64,000 bases of DNA from positions 8,947 to 72,946 of the forward strand of contig JABDAR010000005.1 of assembly GCA_013289085.1 (NCBI GenBank). The letters are read 5' to 3'. The DNA is from Gammaproteobacteria bacterium (lineage in GTDB: Bacteria; Pseudomonadota; Gammaproteobacteria; JABCZS01). The position numbers and the translations under genes are program-made. Below the pieces are notes generated by a model, which was not told where the DNA came from, did no database searches, and saw only the letters and a program-made list of their open reading frames with translations. Position 1 is the first letter of the stretch. Each line of letters starts with the position of its first letter. Shown here in pieces: positions 46,332 through 55,700 of the stretch.

Positions 46332-49300
46332 ATGGGATTAAGCAGAGCGGCATTAATCACACAATACCAGGACGTATTAGAAAAACAATTAGGTATTACT
46401 AAGGATGAGTCTCGCCATCTAATTCCCTTTACCTCATCAGACTTATTAGAACTGGGTCTGTCCATTACTGCAGAAGATATTTTTGATCGCGTCGATGATG
46501 TGCCGCCTATTTTGCTTGAAGATAATTTACCTGAAGCATTAAAGCAGTTGCTCTCTTCGGATAGCCAGCGCATCACCACGGATAATCAAAAAATACTCAT
46601 GCGCACCCCGCTTGCAGACGGCTATTTATTGGGCGTATTGAGTAAAAATGACAAAGGACAATGGTTACTTCATGGTCTTTACACCGATAGTATTGCCTTA
46701 CATTTTAAATTATTAAATATTCAGGATGAACAATTAACCCCTGGAGAAATTAATGTATACCCGATTTCTACAGATATTTTTACGCAAAGCCATTCAAATA
46801 ATGTACCTTTGTTTGAAAAAAGAAGCGACAATAAACCATTTTTCACCAATAAAATAAGTGATCGGCAAATAGGAACTGATCTACATCGTAGTCATGTGAC
46901 AATCGCAGGTGAACACATTCCGGATGCAGCGTCACTTTCTGCGGAAATGATAGAAAATCATTGTCTGAAAGTGTATGACCAAACAATGCTTGGGCCACTT
47001 TTTTATGTGTTGATGATGCGCTGGTCTGCAATGCACGAGGGATTGGCGCCTGGCAAAGAGCTTGATTATCAATTTGATCGCGAATCGAAAATAGTTTTTT
47101 ATCCATTTTCAGAAAACAACACCGGTGTTCGTGCTGTGGTGATTGAAAAATTATACGTTATTGATCGTATTAATAAAAGATATTATCGCATTCCCGGCTA
47201 TGTTCGCACGGAAATTGTATTTGATGAAGACAACAAACGCTATTTCATAGAAAAATCGGAAGCAACAGACCCTGCAGTGAACACAATATTGCAGAGCCTC
47301 GAGCAATTAACAAATCTTGAATCTGTTTTGAAAATATTTGATGCTAAAAAAGCACGATTAAAAACAAAAGCAGAAAAAAACCATGAGGCTTCATTGCAGA
47401 AATTAGAAAAACGCATGAACGCAAGAGGGAGTGAAAATCTATCTAAATATATAGCGGTAACTTTACAGGCATTAAAAGAATTTGATTGTTCCCTTTGGGC
47501 AGAAAAAGATTTTCTGTTACTTGAAACTATGGTAACGAAAACGATCGCGATTTTAGATAATTGTAGACCGAGCGTGATTGATGAATATCAAGCTTTTTGT
47601 TCAGTCCTTAATCATGAAAAATTTCCAGGCCTTGAGACGGCCCTAGAGCATTTACTCAGAAACCAACTCATCATTATTTATACTGAAGCACTTAAAAAAT
47701 TAAAGCGATCGGACCTCGAAAGTATCGATAATATTTTTCAGCCGCTTTATCAGGCGTTAAAAAAAATAAAAAATATTGATGCTTTTGCCATTAAAGACTT
47801 GCAATTTTTAATAAAAATTACCCAAAACAGTGTGGCATTAGCCAATGGATTGAGTGAAATGGTGAGTTCATTTAAATCTTCGCCTGAGCTCATTCAAATG
47901 ATTGAAGATTATGAACAACTTTCAAATGAAGCGAAAGGTTCTTTCTTTCTTTATCCAGATATGCAGAAAATTTTAGAAAACCAGAAAGAGTTAATGAGTA
48001 GGCGAGTAAAAAAAGATTCAGCAAATGATGAAAATATAATAGCCAGCATGCGCAGATGTTCTAAAGATCCATTAACGAAATTAACAAGTTTAGGATATGC
48101 ACGTATTCAAGAGTTAAATGATGAAGAAGTATACTTAAAAGATGAACCTGATCAAGTGCGTCATGGTAGAGGCGCAGTCACCTATTTGAATAATGTTAGA
48201 TATTCTCAAAAAGATTTCATGAGTAATCATCATTCTACACATGATGTCATTGGATTTGACACCTCAATCGTGATTAAAAATAAAAATCCTTTAATAAATG
48301 TTTCAGGAAATTTTATCCGTATATTTGATGATGAGTCAGATTTTCGTATTGTCGTAGAAGAAGATTTAACCATTAAAGATTCACGCCAAGATGAATGTAA
48401 TCCAGCTATTATTAAACTTCCTTTTAACATCGTTTATGTTGACAAATGGAATTCCGCAGCCAACCAATGGACACCCATAGGCCGATATGTTCCTGAAGAT
48501 AAGGTTGATCTTGCAAATAAATTAATAAATGATGTATCCGCAACAGTAGACGCTATATCTAGAACAACATCCAACGCTGTGTCAAAGCCCGTTTTAAAAG
48601 AATTGAAAGAAAAAAAAGAATTTGAAAAAGAACTTGAAAAATTAAAGTTACCTATTTTTACAAATCTTAAAGTGACTTTACTTAATGCTGTTTATGCTAA
48701 AAATACGCCAGCTGATTATACGTATTTGACCAGAGTGATTATTCAAGCTAATAATTTTGTGATAAAACCCTCGGACTCAAATGTCGTCTATAAGCAAATG
48801 ATTAAACTCGTTAAGAATAGATTTAAATTTGTAGCGAAAGCCATGGAAGATATTCTTGTGCCACCGCAACCGTTAAAACAGAAAACAGAAAAACAAACAT
48901 GCTATGATTTTGCATATAAAAATCTATGTTCACACTCTGATTCACTTTTAGAACCTTTAAAAACTGCATTAAATAATCTTGTTCTTAAACCTCGAAGCGA
49001 TGAAGAGTTTGAATTATTAACAAAAGTTATTACTCGAAGTATAACTGCTGTTACGACTCAAGATACTACAGATTACTTAGAGCTGATTCAAGAAGTTGAA
49101 AATAAATTTGCAACAAAAGCTACCCATCCCCTGGTTTATGTTATGTTTGGAATTTTCCTTAGTGCAACCATCACTTGTTGCGTACTGATCGCCCCGTATA
49201 TAGCGCTTGCTTCTATTTTAGTTTTTTGCGCGTGTTTGTCTGGAACTATCAGTTTAGGTATTTTAAGCGATATAAGAACTAATCATGAATTAAGAACAAA

Positions 49301-49436
49301 AGAACCCTATTTACCTTTATTTACTGCAATGCAGAATATACATAAAAAAGTAGAACAAAATGCCAATCAAAATATTCACTACAATGCTGATGATATGTTA
49401 ATTGATAAATATCATTTCCCGAGTCAATTCATGTAA
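46332..49436 (+). CDS. orphan 1034-aa protein with C-terminal hydrophobic hairpin (Inc-like)
   Basis: GAGGTG RBS. Long helical/coiled regions. C-terminus LVYVMFGIFLSATITCCVLIAPYIALASILVFCACLSGTISLGIL. Its 3' end overlaps the 3' end of ispA by 39 nt. Confidence 0.65.
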   Translation: MGLSRAALITQYQDVLEKQLGITKDESRHLIPFTSSDLLELGLSITAEDIFDRVDDVPPILLEDNLPEALKQLLSSDSQRITTDNQKILMRTPLADGYLLGVLSKNDKGQWLLHGLYTDSIALHFKLLNIQDEQLTPGEINVYPISTDIFTQSHSNNVPLFEKRSDNKPFFTNKISDRQIGTDLHRSHVTIAGEHIPDAASLSAEMIENHCLKVYDQTMLGPLFYVLMMRWSAMHEGLAPGKELDYQFDRESKIVFYPFSENNTGVRAVVIEKLYVIDRINKRYYRIPGYVRTEIVFDEDNKRYFIEKSEATDPAVNTILQSLEQLTNLESVLKIFDAKKARLKTKAEKNHEASLQKLEKRMNARGSENLSKYIAVTLQALKEFDCSLWAEKDFLLLETMVTKTIAILDNCRPSVIDEYQAFCSVLNHEKFPGLETALEHLLRNQLIIIYTEALKKLKRSDLESIDNIFQPLYQALKKIKNIDAFAIKDLQFLIKITQNSVALANGLSEMVSSFKSSPELIQMIEDYEQLSNEAKGSFFLYPDMQKILENQKELMSRRVKKDSANDENIIASMRRCSKDPLTKLTSLGYARIQELNDEEVYLKDEPDQVRHGRGAVTYLNNVRYSQKDFMSNHHSTHDVIGFDTSIVIKNKNPLINVSGNFIRIFDDESDFRIVVEEDLTIKDSRQDECNPAIIKLPFNIVYVDKWNSAANQWTPIGRYVPEDKVDLANKLINDVSATVDAISRTTSNAVSKPVLKELKEKKEFEKELEKLKLPIFTNLKVTLLNAVYAKNTPADYTYLTRVIIQANNFVIKPSDSNVVYKQMIKLVKNRFKFVAKAMEDILVPPQPLKQKTEKQTCYDFAYKNLCSHSDSLLEPLKTALNNLVLKPRSDEEFELLTKVITRSITAVTTQDTTDYLELIQEVENKFATKATHPLVYVMFGIFLSATITCCVLIAPYIALASILVFCACLSGTISLGILSDIRTNHELRTKEPYLPLFTAMQNIHKKVEQNANQNIHYNADDMLIDKYHFPSQFM

Positions 49437-50300
49437 ATAAATATCATTAGGCAACGCAGTTTGTAAATGTCCCAAAGCTTCTTGCAATAAAATGGTAAGT
49501 AATTGTTTACTTTTATCAACGCCCAGTATTGAGGGATAAGTTGGTTTTTTGCGCGCGGCGTCTTTACCGGTTCTTTTGCCCATGCTTTTTTCATCACTGA
49601 GTACATCTAATAAATCATCTTGCACTTGAAAGGCTAAACCTATTTTTTCTGCAAAAAAATGCATTTGTTCCATTTGGTTAGACGTGATATTTAAACTTGC
49701 AGCCAGCGCCAAATGTACGCAGGCAATAATCAATGCGCCGGTTTTTAATTCATCAATTTGTTGTAAAGATTTTATATTTATTTTTTGGCCAAGACTCGCT
49801 AAATCTAATGCTTGACCGCTCGCCATACCCTGCAATCCACAGGCAGTGCTTAAAATATGCATCATGCGTAATTGTTGCGCGGGTGCTAATTGGGCATTAG
49901 GTTTTGATAATTGCTCAAAGGCTAAAGTTTGCAAAGCATCGCCTGCTAAAATTGCGGTCGCTTCATCAAAAGCTTTATGACAAGAAGGCTCGCCACGACG
50001 TAGATCATCATCATCCATGGCGGGTAAATCATCATGAACTAAAGAATAAGTATGCATGAGTTCAACTGCGATTGCTTGCGTATCCACATATTCAGGCGGT
50101 AAATTAAAACTATGACCGGTGGCATATACAAGTAATGCGCGTAAACGCTTACCACCCGCAAGACTACTGTATTGCATGGCATCACGCAGACGATCACTGG
50201 GCGCAGGCAGCGTTGAAAATAAATCTTTTAATCGTTGATTAATACGATTTTGGTAATGTTGTAAAAAAGGCGATAAAATTTTAGTCATCATCTTCTTCAT
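49398..50300 (-). CDS. ispA: farnesyl diphosphate synthase
   Basis: First and second Asp-rich motifs LVHDDLPAMDDDDLRRG and FQVQDDLLD. Confidence 0.9.
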   Translation of the reverse strand: MKKMMTKILSPFLQHYQNRINQRLKDLFSTLPAPSDRLRDAMQYSSLAGGKRLRALLVYATGHSFNLPPEYVDTQAIAVELMHTYSLVHDDLPAMDDDDLRRGEPSCHKAFDEATAILAGDALQTLAFEQLSKPNAQLAPAQQLRMMHILSTACGLQGMASGQALDLASLGQKINIKSLQQIDELKTGALIIACVHLALAASLNITSNQMEQMHFFAEKIGLAFQVQDDLLDVLSDEKSMGKRTGKDAARKKPTYPSILGVDKSKQLLTILLQEALGHLQTALPNDIYLHELTREMIFIN

Positions 50301-50529
50301 AAAAAGGTTCAGTCTGAAGCTCGCCAGCTGCGTTTTCTACTAGAAGTTCCACTTTTTGTTCAGCCAATGTTAAAGCCCCTTGGCAGAGCACAGAAAGTTT
50401 CATACCTTGCTCAAATTGTTGTAAGGATTGCTCCAACGTCAAATCCCCAGTTTCCATGCTTTTAACTATGGTTTCAAGTTCCGCTAATGATTGCTCAAAA
50501 TGAAAGGCTGGCTTTTTTTTAGGGGGCAT
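50281..50529 (-). CDS. xseB: exodeoxyribonuclease VII small subunit
   Basis: 82 aa; FEQSLAELETIVKSMETGDLTLEQSLQQFEQGMKL. Lies upstream of ispA, as in the canonical operon. Confidence 0.85.
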   Translation of the reverse strand: MPPKKKPAFHFEQSLAELETIVKSMETGDLTLEQSLQQFEQGMKLSVLCQGALTLAEQKVELLVENAAGELQTEPFYEEDDD

Positions 50530-50581
50530 GATGACCTCTTATATTCAAAAGGATAGTGTAAAAGGTTTAAGAGGGTAAAGC

Positions 50582-50631
50582 AATTTTGATATAGTGCGGT
50601 ATAGCAAAACTTAATAATTTTGATATAGTGC
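50582..50631. repeat. 16-bp perfect direct repeat in the xseB/msrA divergent intergenic region
   Basis: AATTTTGATATAGTGC occurs at 50582-50597 and 50616-50631, a 34-bp period. Confidence 0.7.
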
Positions 50632-50673
50632 ATGATATAAAATGAAAATTTAAACATACTTAAGGTAAATAAT

Positions 50674-51159
50674 ATGTCTCCAACAGCACTCGCCACATTC
50701 GCCGCTGGTTGTTTTTGGGGTATAGAGGAAACATTTAGCCGTATTCCAGGCGTATTAGCTACAGAGGTGGGATATATCGGCGGACATACGCAACATCCAA
50801 CTTATCCGCAGGTTTGTAGTGATACTACTGGGCATGCAGAAGCGGTACAGGTCACTTACGATCCAGAACTTGTTAATTATGAAACATTATTAGACGTTTT
50901 CTGGCATTGCCATAACCCAACCCTACTTAATCGCCAAGGGCCGGATGTCGGCAGCCAATATCGTTCGGTGATTTTTTATCATAATGAAGCGCAAAAACAA
51001 TCGGCTGAATCATCTAAGCAAGCTTTAATAGCCTCTAAACAATATCAGAGTCCCATAGTCACTGAAATTGTCCCAGCGGGCATATTTTACCCGGCAGAAG
51101 CATATCATCAAAAATATTTGCAAAAGCAGGGGTTGCCTAATTGTCATATACCCCATTGA
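50674..51159 (+). CDS. msrA: peptide-methionine (S)-S-oxide reductase
   Basis: [12 protein letters not shown] active-site motif. 161 aa. Confidence 0.9.
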   Translation: MSPTALATFAAGCFWGIEETFSRIPGVLATEVGYIGGHTQHPTYPQVCSDTTGHAEAVQVTYDPELVNYETLLDVFWHCHNPTLLNRQGPDVGSQYRSVIFYHNEAQKQSAESSKQALIASKQYQSPIVTEIVPAGIFYPAEAYHQKYLQKQGLPNCHIPH

Positions 51160-51184
51160 CAGATATGACATATTGTCATAATAT
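51156..51184 (+). promoter_or_regulatory. higBA promoter with embedded 17-bp perfect palindrome
   Basis: TTGACA (51156-51161), a 17-nt spacer and TAATAT (51179-51184). TATGACATATTGTCATA (51164-51180) is a perfect palindrome. The higB ATG at 51191 lies about 7 nt after the -10, so the transcript may be leaderless. Confidence 0.5.
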
Positions 51185-51190
51185 TCACAA

Positions 51191-51502
51191 ATGATACTCA
51201 TTGGAAGAAACAATATTGCTGCGTTTGGAAGACGCCATCCACAGAGCAGGCGCTCATTGTCTGCCTGGGAAATGGCTATTAGACAAACGGACTATTATGG
51301 TTTTAACGGATTGAAACTTTCATTTCCCAGTGTGGACTATGTGTATCATCGCTATACTATTTTTGATATTTCAGGGAATAAATATCGCTTGGTAACAGAA
51401 ATTAATTACGCTGCTAAAGTGGTTAATATCAAACGAATTTGGACACATGCAGAATATAGTATGAAAAAAAGCGAGGACGCCATGAGGAATCATCAATTAT
51501 GA
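51191..51502 (+). CDS. higB: type II toxin, HigB-like mRNA interferase
   Basis: 103 aa. The pattern ...FDISGNKYRLVTEINYAAKVVNIKRIWTHAEY is typical of the HigB toxin family. ATGA overlap with the antitoxin gene. Confidence 0.7.
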   Translation: MILIGRNNIAAFGRRHPQSRRSLSAWEMAIRQTDYYGFNGLKLSFPSVDYVYHRYTIFDISGNKYRLVTEINYAAKVVNIKRIWTHAEYSMKKSEDAMRNHQL

Positions 51503-51900
51503 ATATTTCAGTACAGCAAACTATAACACATTGGGGACACGTGACATCCTACACGCATGTTCCACATAATAAAGAAGAATATAAAAAATTATTAAAATTT
51601 ATGGACAAGCTTATGGTCTTTGCTGCGCAGCATCATGATGAAAGGGCTACAAGTTTATTGCGCTTAGTTGCCCAAAATATCGAAGCTTATGAAAAAGAAC
51701 ATTATAAGTCAAAAAAAGCTTCCGCCATTGATATGTTGAAATTTTTTATGGAAGAACATCATTTAAGCCAAAGTGATTTGCCCGAAATAGGCAGTCAATC
51801 ATTAGTATCAAAAATCCTCACCGGAGAACGTCAATTAACGGTAGAGCATATTCGACGTCTGGCCAAAAGATTCAATGTATCTCCAGCGGTTTTTTGTTAA
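51499..51900 (+). CDS. higA: HigA-like antitoxin (XRE-type HTH)
   Basis: C-terminal HTH LSQSDLPEIGSQSLVSKILTGERQLTVEHIRRLAKRF. Confidence 0.7.
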   Translation: MNISVQQTITHWGHVTSYTHVPHNKEEYKKLLKFMDKLMVFAAQHHDERATSLLRLVAQNIEAYEKEHYKSKKASAIDMLKFFMEEHHLSQSDLPEIGSQSLVSKILTGERQLTVEHIRRLAKRFNVSPAVFC

Positions 51901-51924
51901 ATAAAGGATAGGGTAATGTGATGC

Positions 51925-52314
51925 CTAATCCTTTGCATAAGGCACATATACCTTTTCAATCATAGGATAATGTTTTTGATTTAATGTAGCGAGTTCGGCA
52001 TGACAAGCAGCAGCACTTGCTGCAATTAATGCGTCTGCTAATCCGACGTTATGGCTTTTGTGATAATCGCGGCGATAAAGGCCGCCTGCTTGTGCTATAT
52101 TAGGGGAAATATCTATAGTTTCAAACGCGGTTAAAAATTGTTCTAACAATTCTCGTTCTCTACCTTCACGCACACCGGCATATAATTCAGCCACACTGAT
52201 GCTTGAAATATAACAGGTTCGCGCAGTCGCTTTTTCAATAAATGATAACGCTTTTGCATTACCGCGCAAACAATCAATGAGTATATCTGTATCTAATAAA
52301 TAACACTTCTTCAT
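51925..52314 (-). CDS. vapC: PIN-domain toxin VapC
   Basis: LLDTDILID start with conserved acidic residues (D, E, D). 129 aa. ATGA-type overlap with vapB. Confidence 0.8.
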   Translation of the reverse strand: MKKCYLLDTDILIDCLRGNAKALSFIEKATARTCYISSISVAELYAGVREGRERELLEQFLTAFETIDISPNIAQAGGLYRRDYHKSHNVGLADALIAASAAACHAELATLNQKHYPMIEKVYVPYAKD

Positions 52315-52547
52315 CTATCAAGTTCCTCTCTGATAGCGTCAAAATCAGGTAAATCATCCCGTTTTGCCCACATACCCGAAGCTGCGCGTATGGCCATTAA
52401 TCTATTTTGCTTTTGGGCCAGTTTGTTTTGAAGATAAGCATCAATCGCCTCTCGAATCATCTCACTTTTAGGCACGCCATTTTGCTTAGAGAGGGCATTA
52501 AGCTGCTGTTGTTCTTGTTCTGTTAAGTAAACTTGAGTTCTAGTCAT
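52311..52547 (-). CDS. vapB: ribbon-helix-helix antitoxin (VapB/CopG-like)
   Basis: MTRTQVYLTEQEQQQLNALSKQNGVPKSEMIREAIDAYL RHH pattern. Confidence 0.75.
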   Translation of the reverse strand: MTRTQVYLTEQEQQQLNALSKQNGVPKSEMIREAIDAYLQNKLAQKQNRLMAIRAASGMWAKRDDLPDFDAIREELDR

Positions 52548-52558
52548 ATTTCACCTTA

Positions 52559-52585
52559 AGATGTATAATGCTAATGTATACATCT
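52559..52585. promoter_or_regulatory. 9-bp perfect inverted repeat operator upstream of vapB
   Basis: AGATGTATA-N9-TATACATCT lies just upstream of the vapB RBS (AAGGTGA). Confidence 0.5.
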
Positions 52586-52721
52586 ATTATCGCATATTTT
52601 TCAGCTAAATACAATAAGACTAATAAAAATAGCTAATATCCTACAAAAAGATCCTCTATAAGCTCTAATCAAATAGACCTAAGTTAATTTACTATGTGAT
52701 TAACAAGTTATAGGTGAACGC

Positions 52722-55700
52722 ATGCACAGAGATAAGCAGTACTATGCAGCATTGTTTGAAAAAACTTTATTGCAATTTAAAGTTAATGATCAATATATTC
52801 TCCGCGATTTTTATGAACAACTAAATAGAGTAGTTTCATCAACTTTGGGAGCTATCAGTGGGATTGCTAGTTCAAAACTTAGCCCACAAAATGATTTGGT
52901 GACAAGCTTATTTTTAGCAGCTTGGCATCTTGTACCAGTTGCTGGTACTTATATCAATAAAGCCCTCACAATGGCTAGTAATCAATATGAAGAAGCTAAA
53001 GCACAACGTATTAATAGTGTTTTAACCAATTTTGCACATAAAGATGAAACAGCAGATATATTTTGCTATCAAGCAGTTATTTATCATCATTCTCGAATTT
53101 TAAAGAATGAACTTGAACAGGATAATCTAGAAGTACTCAGTGCTGAATTAAAAGCGATTGCATCAGCAGTGATGAATAAATTTTTACCTGAGAAAATTAA
53201 ATTATCTCGTGCACGTGAAGCATTAATTGAAGAGTTGTTAGTGCAATTGATGGAAGGTTTAAATGCAGCTGTTGATGCTAAAAAAAGTGGGGATTTAGTA
53301 TCAGAGGAATTAGGTAAATATTTAGCGCAGCGATTAATAGTAGTTAATGAAGCGCCTATAATTAATTTAGCGTTCAGTGGTGAATTTCACCAATTATCTC
53401 AAATTGATCGTTATTCTGTTGCCTTAGAAGCTTTACGTTTATCACAATTTGCTTATGAAGATAAAGCATTGATTGAATCCAATATTCAGCAATGGGGCTA
53501 TAAACTTAAAAAACCCGAATCATTTTTTTATCAATTCGCCAATGGAAATCGTTGTATTCTTTTGGCCAATAATGATAGTGTTATATGTTTATTTCGTGGT
53601 TCCTCTAAAAGCTTGGAATTTGCACATCGTGGTTTTGCAAATATTTTAGAAAGCATGTGGGATTGTAAAGTTGGCTTGGGTCATCGATTGTCATACCATG
53701 CCAAATTTCCTCCAAAGCGTTTTATTTTTATTGGACACTCTACAGGTGGTGCGCTAGCGTTACTAGCAGCCGCGCGATTTTTTCAACAATTTAAACAACA
53801 CCAAGATAAATTAACAGTATTTACTTTCGGACAGCCGAGAGCCACTCAGGATTTATCTCAAGAATTTACAAAAAATGTATATCGATTTACACATCCGAAT
53901 GATCCTATTCCAATGATATTGCCAGAAGGATTAGGTTATGTGCATATCGGTTTTGAATACTCATTGCCTGCTGTTACACAAATATTTAATTGGGAAGATA
54001 AGTCTTCTGCTGGCGCTCTTTTAGAGATGAATCAAGCATCACATCAATTATCAGCTTATCAAGAGAGATTAATTGAGCATGCGAGAAGTCACAACAATGC
54101 AGCTTTACCTGCTTATATGAACCCTGTGGCTACGACCTTGAATGCATTAGAATCATCAAGGAATAATACCCATGATGAGACTCTCCACACCCAGCCAATA
54201 AATCAATTATATTATTTGTATTTTATTTCACAGAAAATAATGCAGGATATTTATGATACAGTTTTGCCTGATTTTTTAAAGATTGGGTCTGGCGTTTCTC
54301 ACACATTTGAATCTTTGGGAAACATCGTCTTTCGTGAAACTTTTGTTTCACAATCATTGCAATATCAATTAGACACTTTACATGCACTTACACAAAAGAT
54401 TATTAAAGAACTATATCAAAGCGGGGGAGTCGGGTTTAGTCATCCTATCAAAAATACACTTGCACGTCTTGAAAAACACTTAAAATACTATCAATCCTTA
54501 GGGGATACAGGATTGGTAACGGCTGCCGAAAATTTATGTATTTGGCTTAAAGTTGCTGCATGTCAGAAAAAAGATAAAGATGCTTTTAAGGATTTGTTTT
54601 CGATGAAGATAGGTGTTAATTATTCAGAAGTATTAAAAAATATTGATGCAATTGTAAAAGATATTTTAGGCGATAGTAATCTTGCGCCATTATTACTGAT
54701 TGCGGTATTCCAGAAAATTCCCAATTTTTTAAGAGATGCACAAAGTTTACGATGTGCATTATCAGGCCAGCCTTTAACTCATTATTTGGTTCAAATTGCA
54801 GTATTGGATTTGTTAGTGTCTATTGCTAAAGAAAAAAATGATATTGAGATAGTGCTGTTGGGACAGAATGATGAGATTGATTTAACTTATTGGCTGCAGA
54901 ATTTTCCTGAGGTTTTTCCGAGTGATAAAAAATCATATGTTGACGATTATATCAAACAAATACTTATTCAGTTACAGGAAATACAAGATCACCCGATTTT
55001 GCGTGCATTAATAAAAGGCTGTCAAGAAAATATTAGACCTAAAAATTTATTATTTTTTGCGTTGGAACAAGTAAGCCGCAATGAAGACTTAATACCTGGT
55101 GAACGTCTTCGAGCAATACAGATAAGACATACAGTGAAATTGTTGCCTGAAGTTAAAGCAGCTTTTCAGGGTTTAAAAGATGAAAATAATGTTGCGCAAA
55201 TTGAGCAACCCAGTGCTTTTCGTGCTTTAACATATCTTGACCATTTAGAATTAGGAGAGGGTGCTTTGTTGGCACGAGCACGAGGCTTGGCTAAAAGTTC
55301 TTTTATTACTGCATATTATTTATTAAAATTAATTTTATTAGATTCTAACACAGAGAATAAACTTGAAATCGAAGCTCAATTTACGAAAGTCACCAGCAAA
55401 ATCATTTCTATGTTGTGGGAAGAATTAAACTCAAAAACTCTTCCATGGGATAAAAGTCTGATCTATCTAGAAATGCTACGTTATGATGAACATAATATAA
55501 CGGCATTAAATGGGTTATTCGAATTAGGTTTAGGGGATGCTTATCATGATTTTGAAAAGCATTTACCCCATATTGGTACAAAATTAAACTCAGACAATAT
55601 TGAAAAATACCTTGAGGATAATAATGATGCAGTATTAATACAAACACCATTTAATGGGACATGGATATTAAATAAAACAGCAGTAACAGCATTTGATAAA

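Noticed and set aside
46005-46579. ORFs 46005-46235 (plus) and 46316-46579 (minus)
   Set aside because: They are antisense shadows of the EVE gene and of the 1034-aa gene start, respectively.
52620-52660. Possible PmrA-like site (CTAATAAAAATAGCTAATATCC) upstream of the 1775-aa gene
   Set aside because: The half-sites are CTAAT rather than CTTAAT and are spaced 13 nt apart rather than 11. They are not positioned next to an obvious -10.
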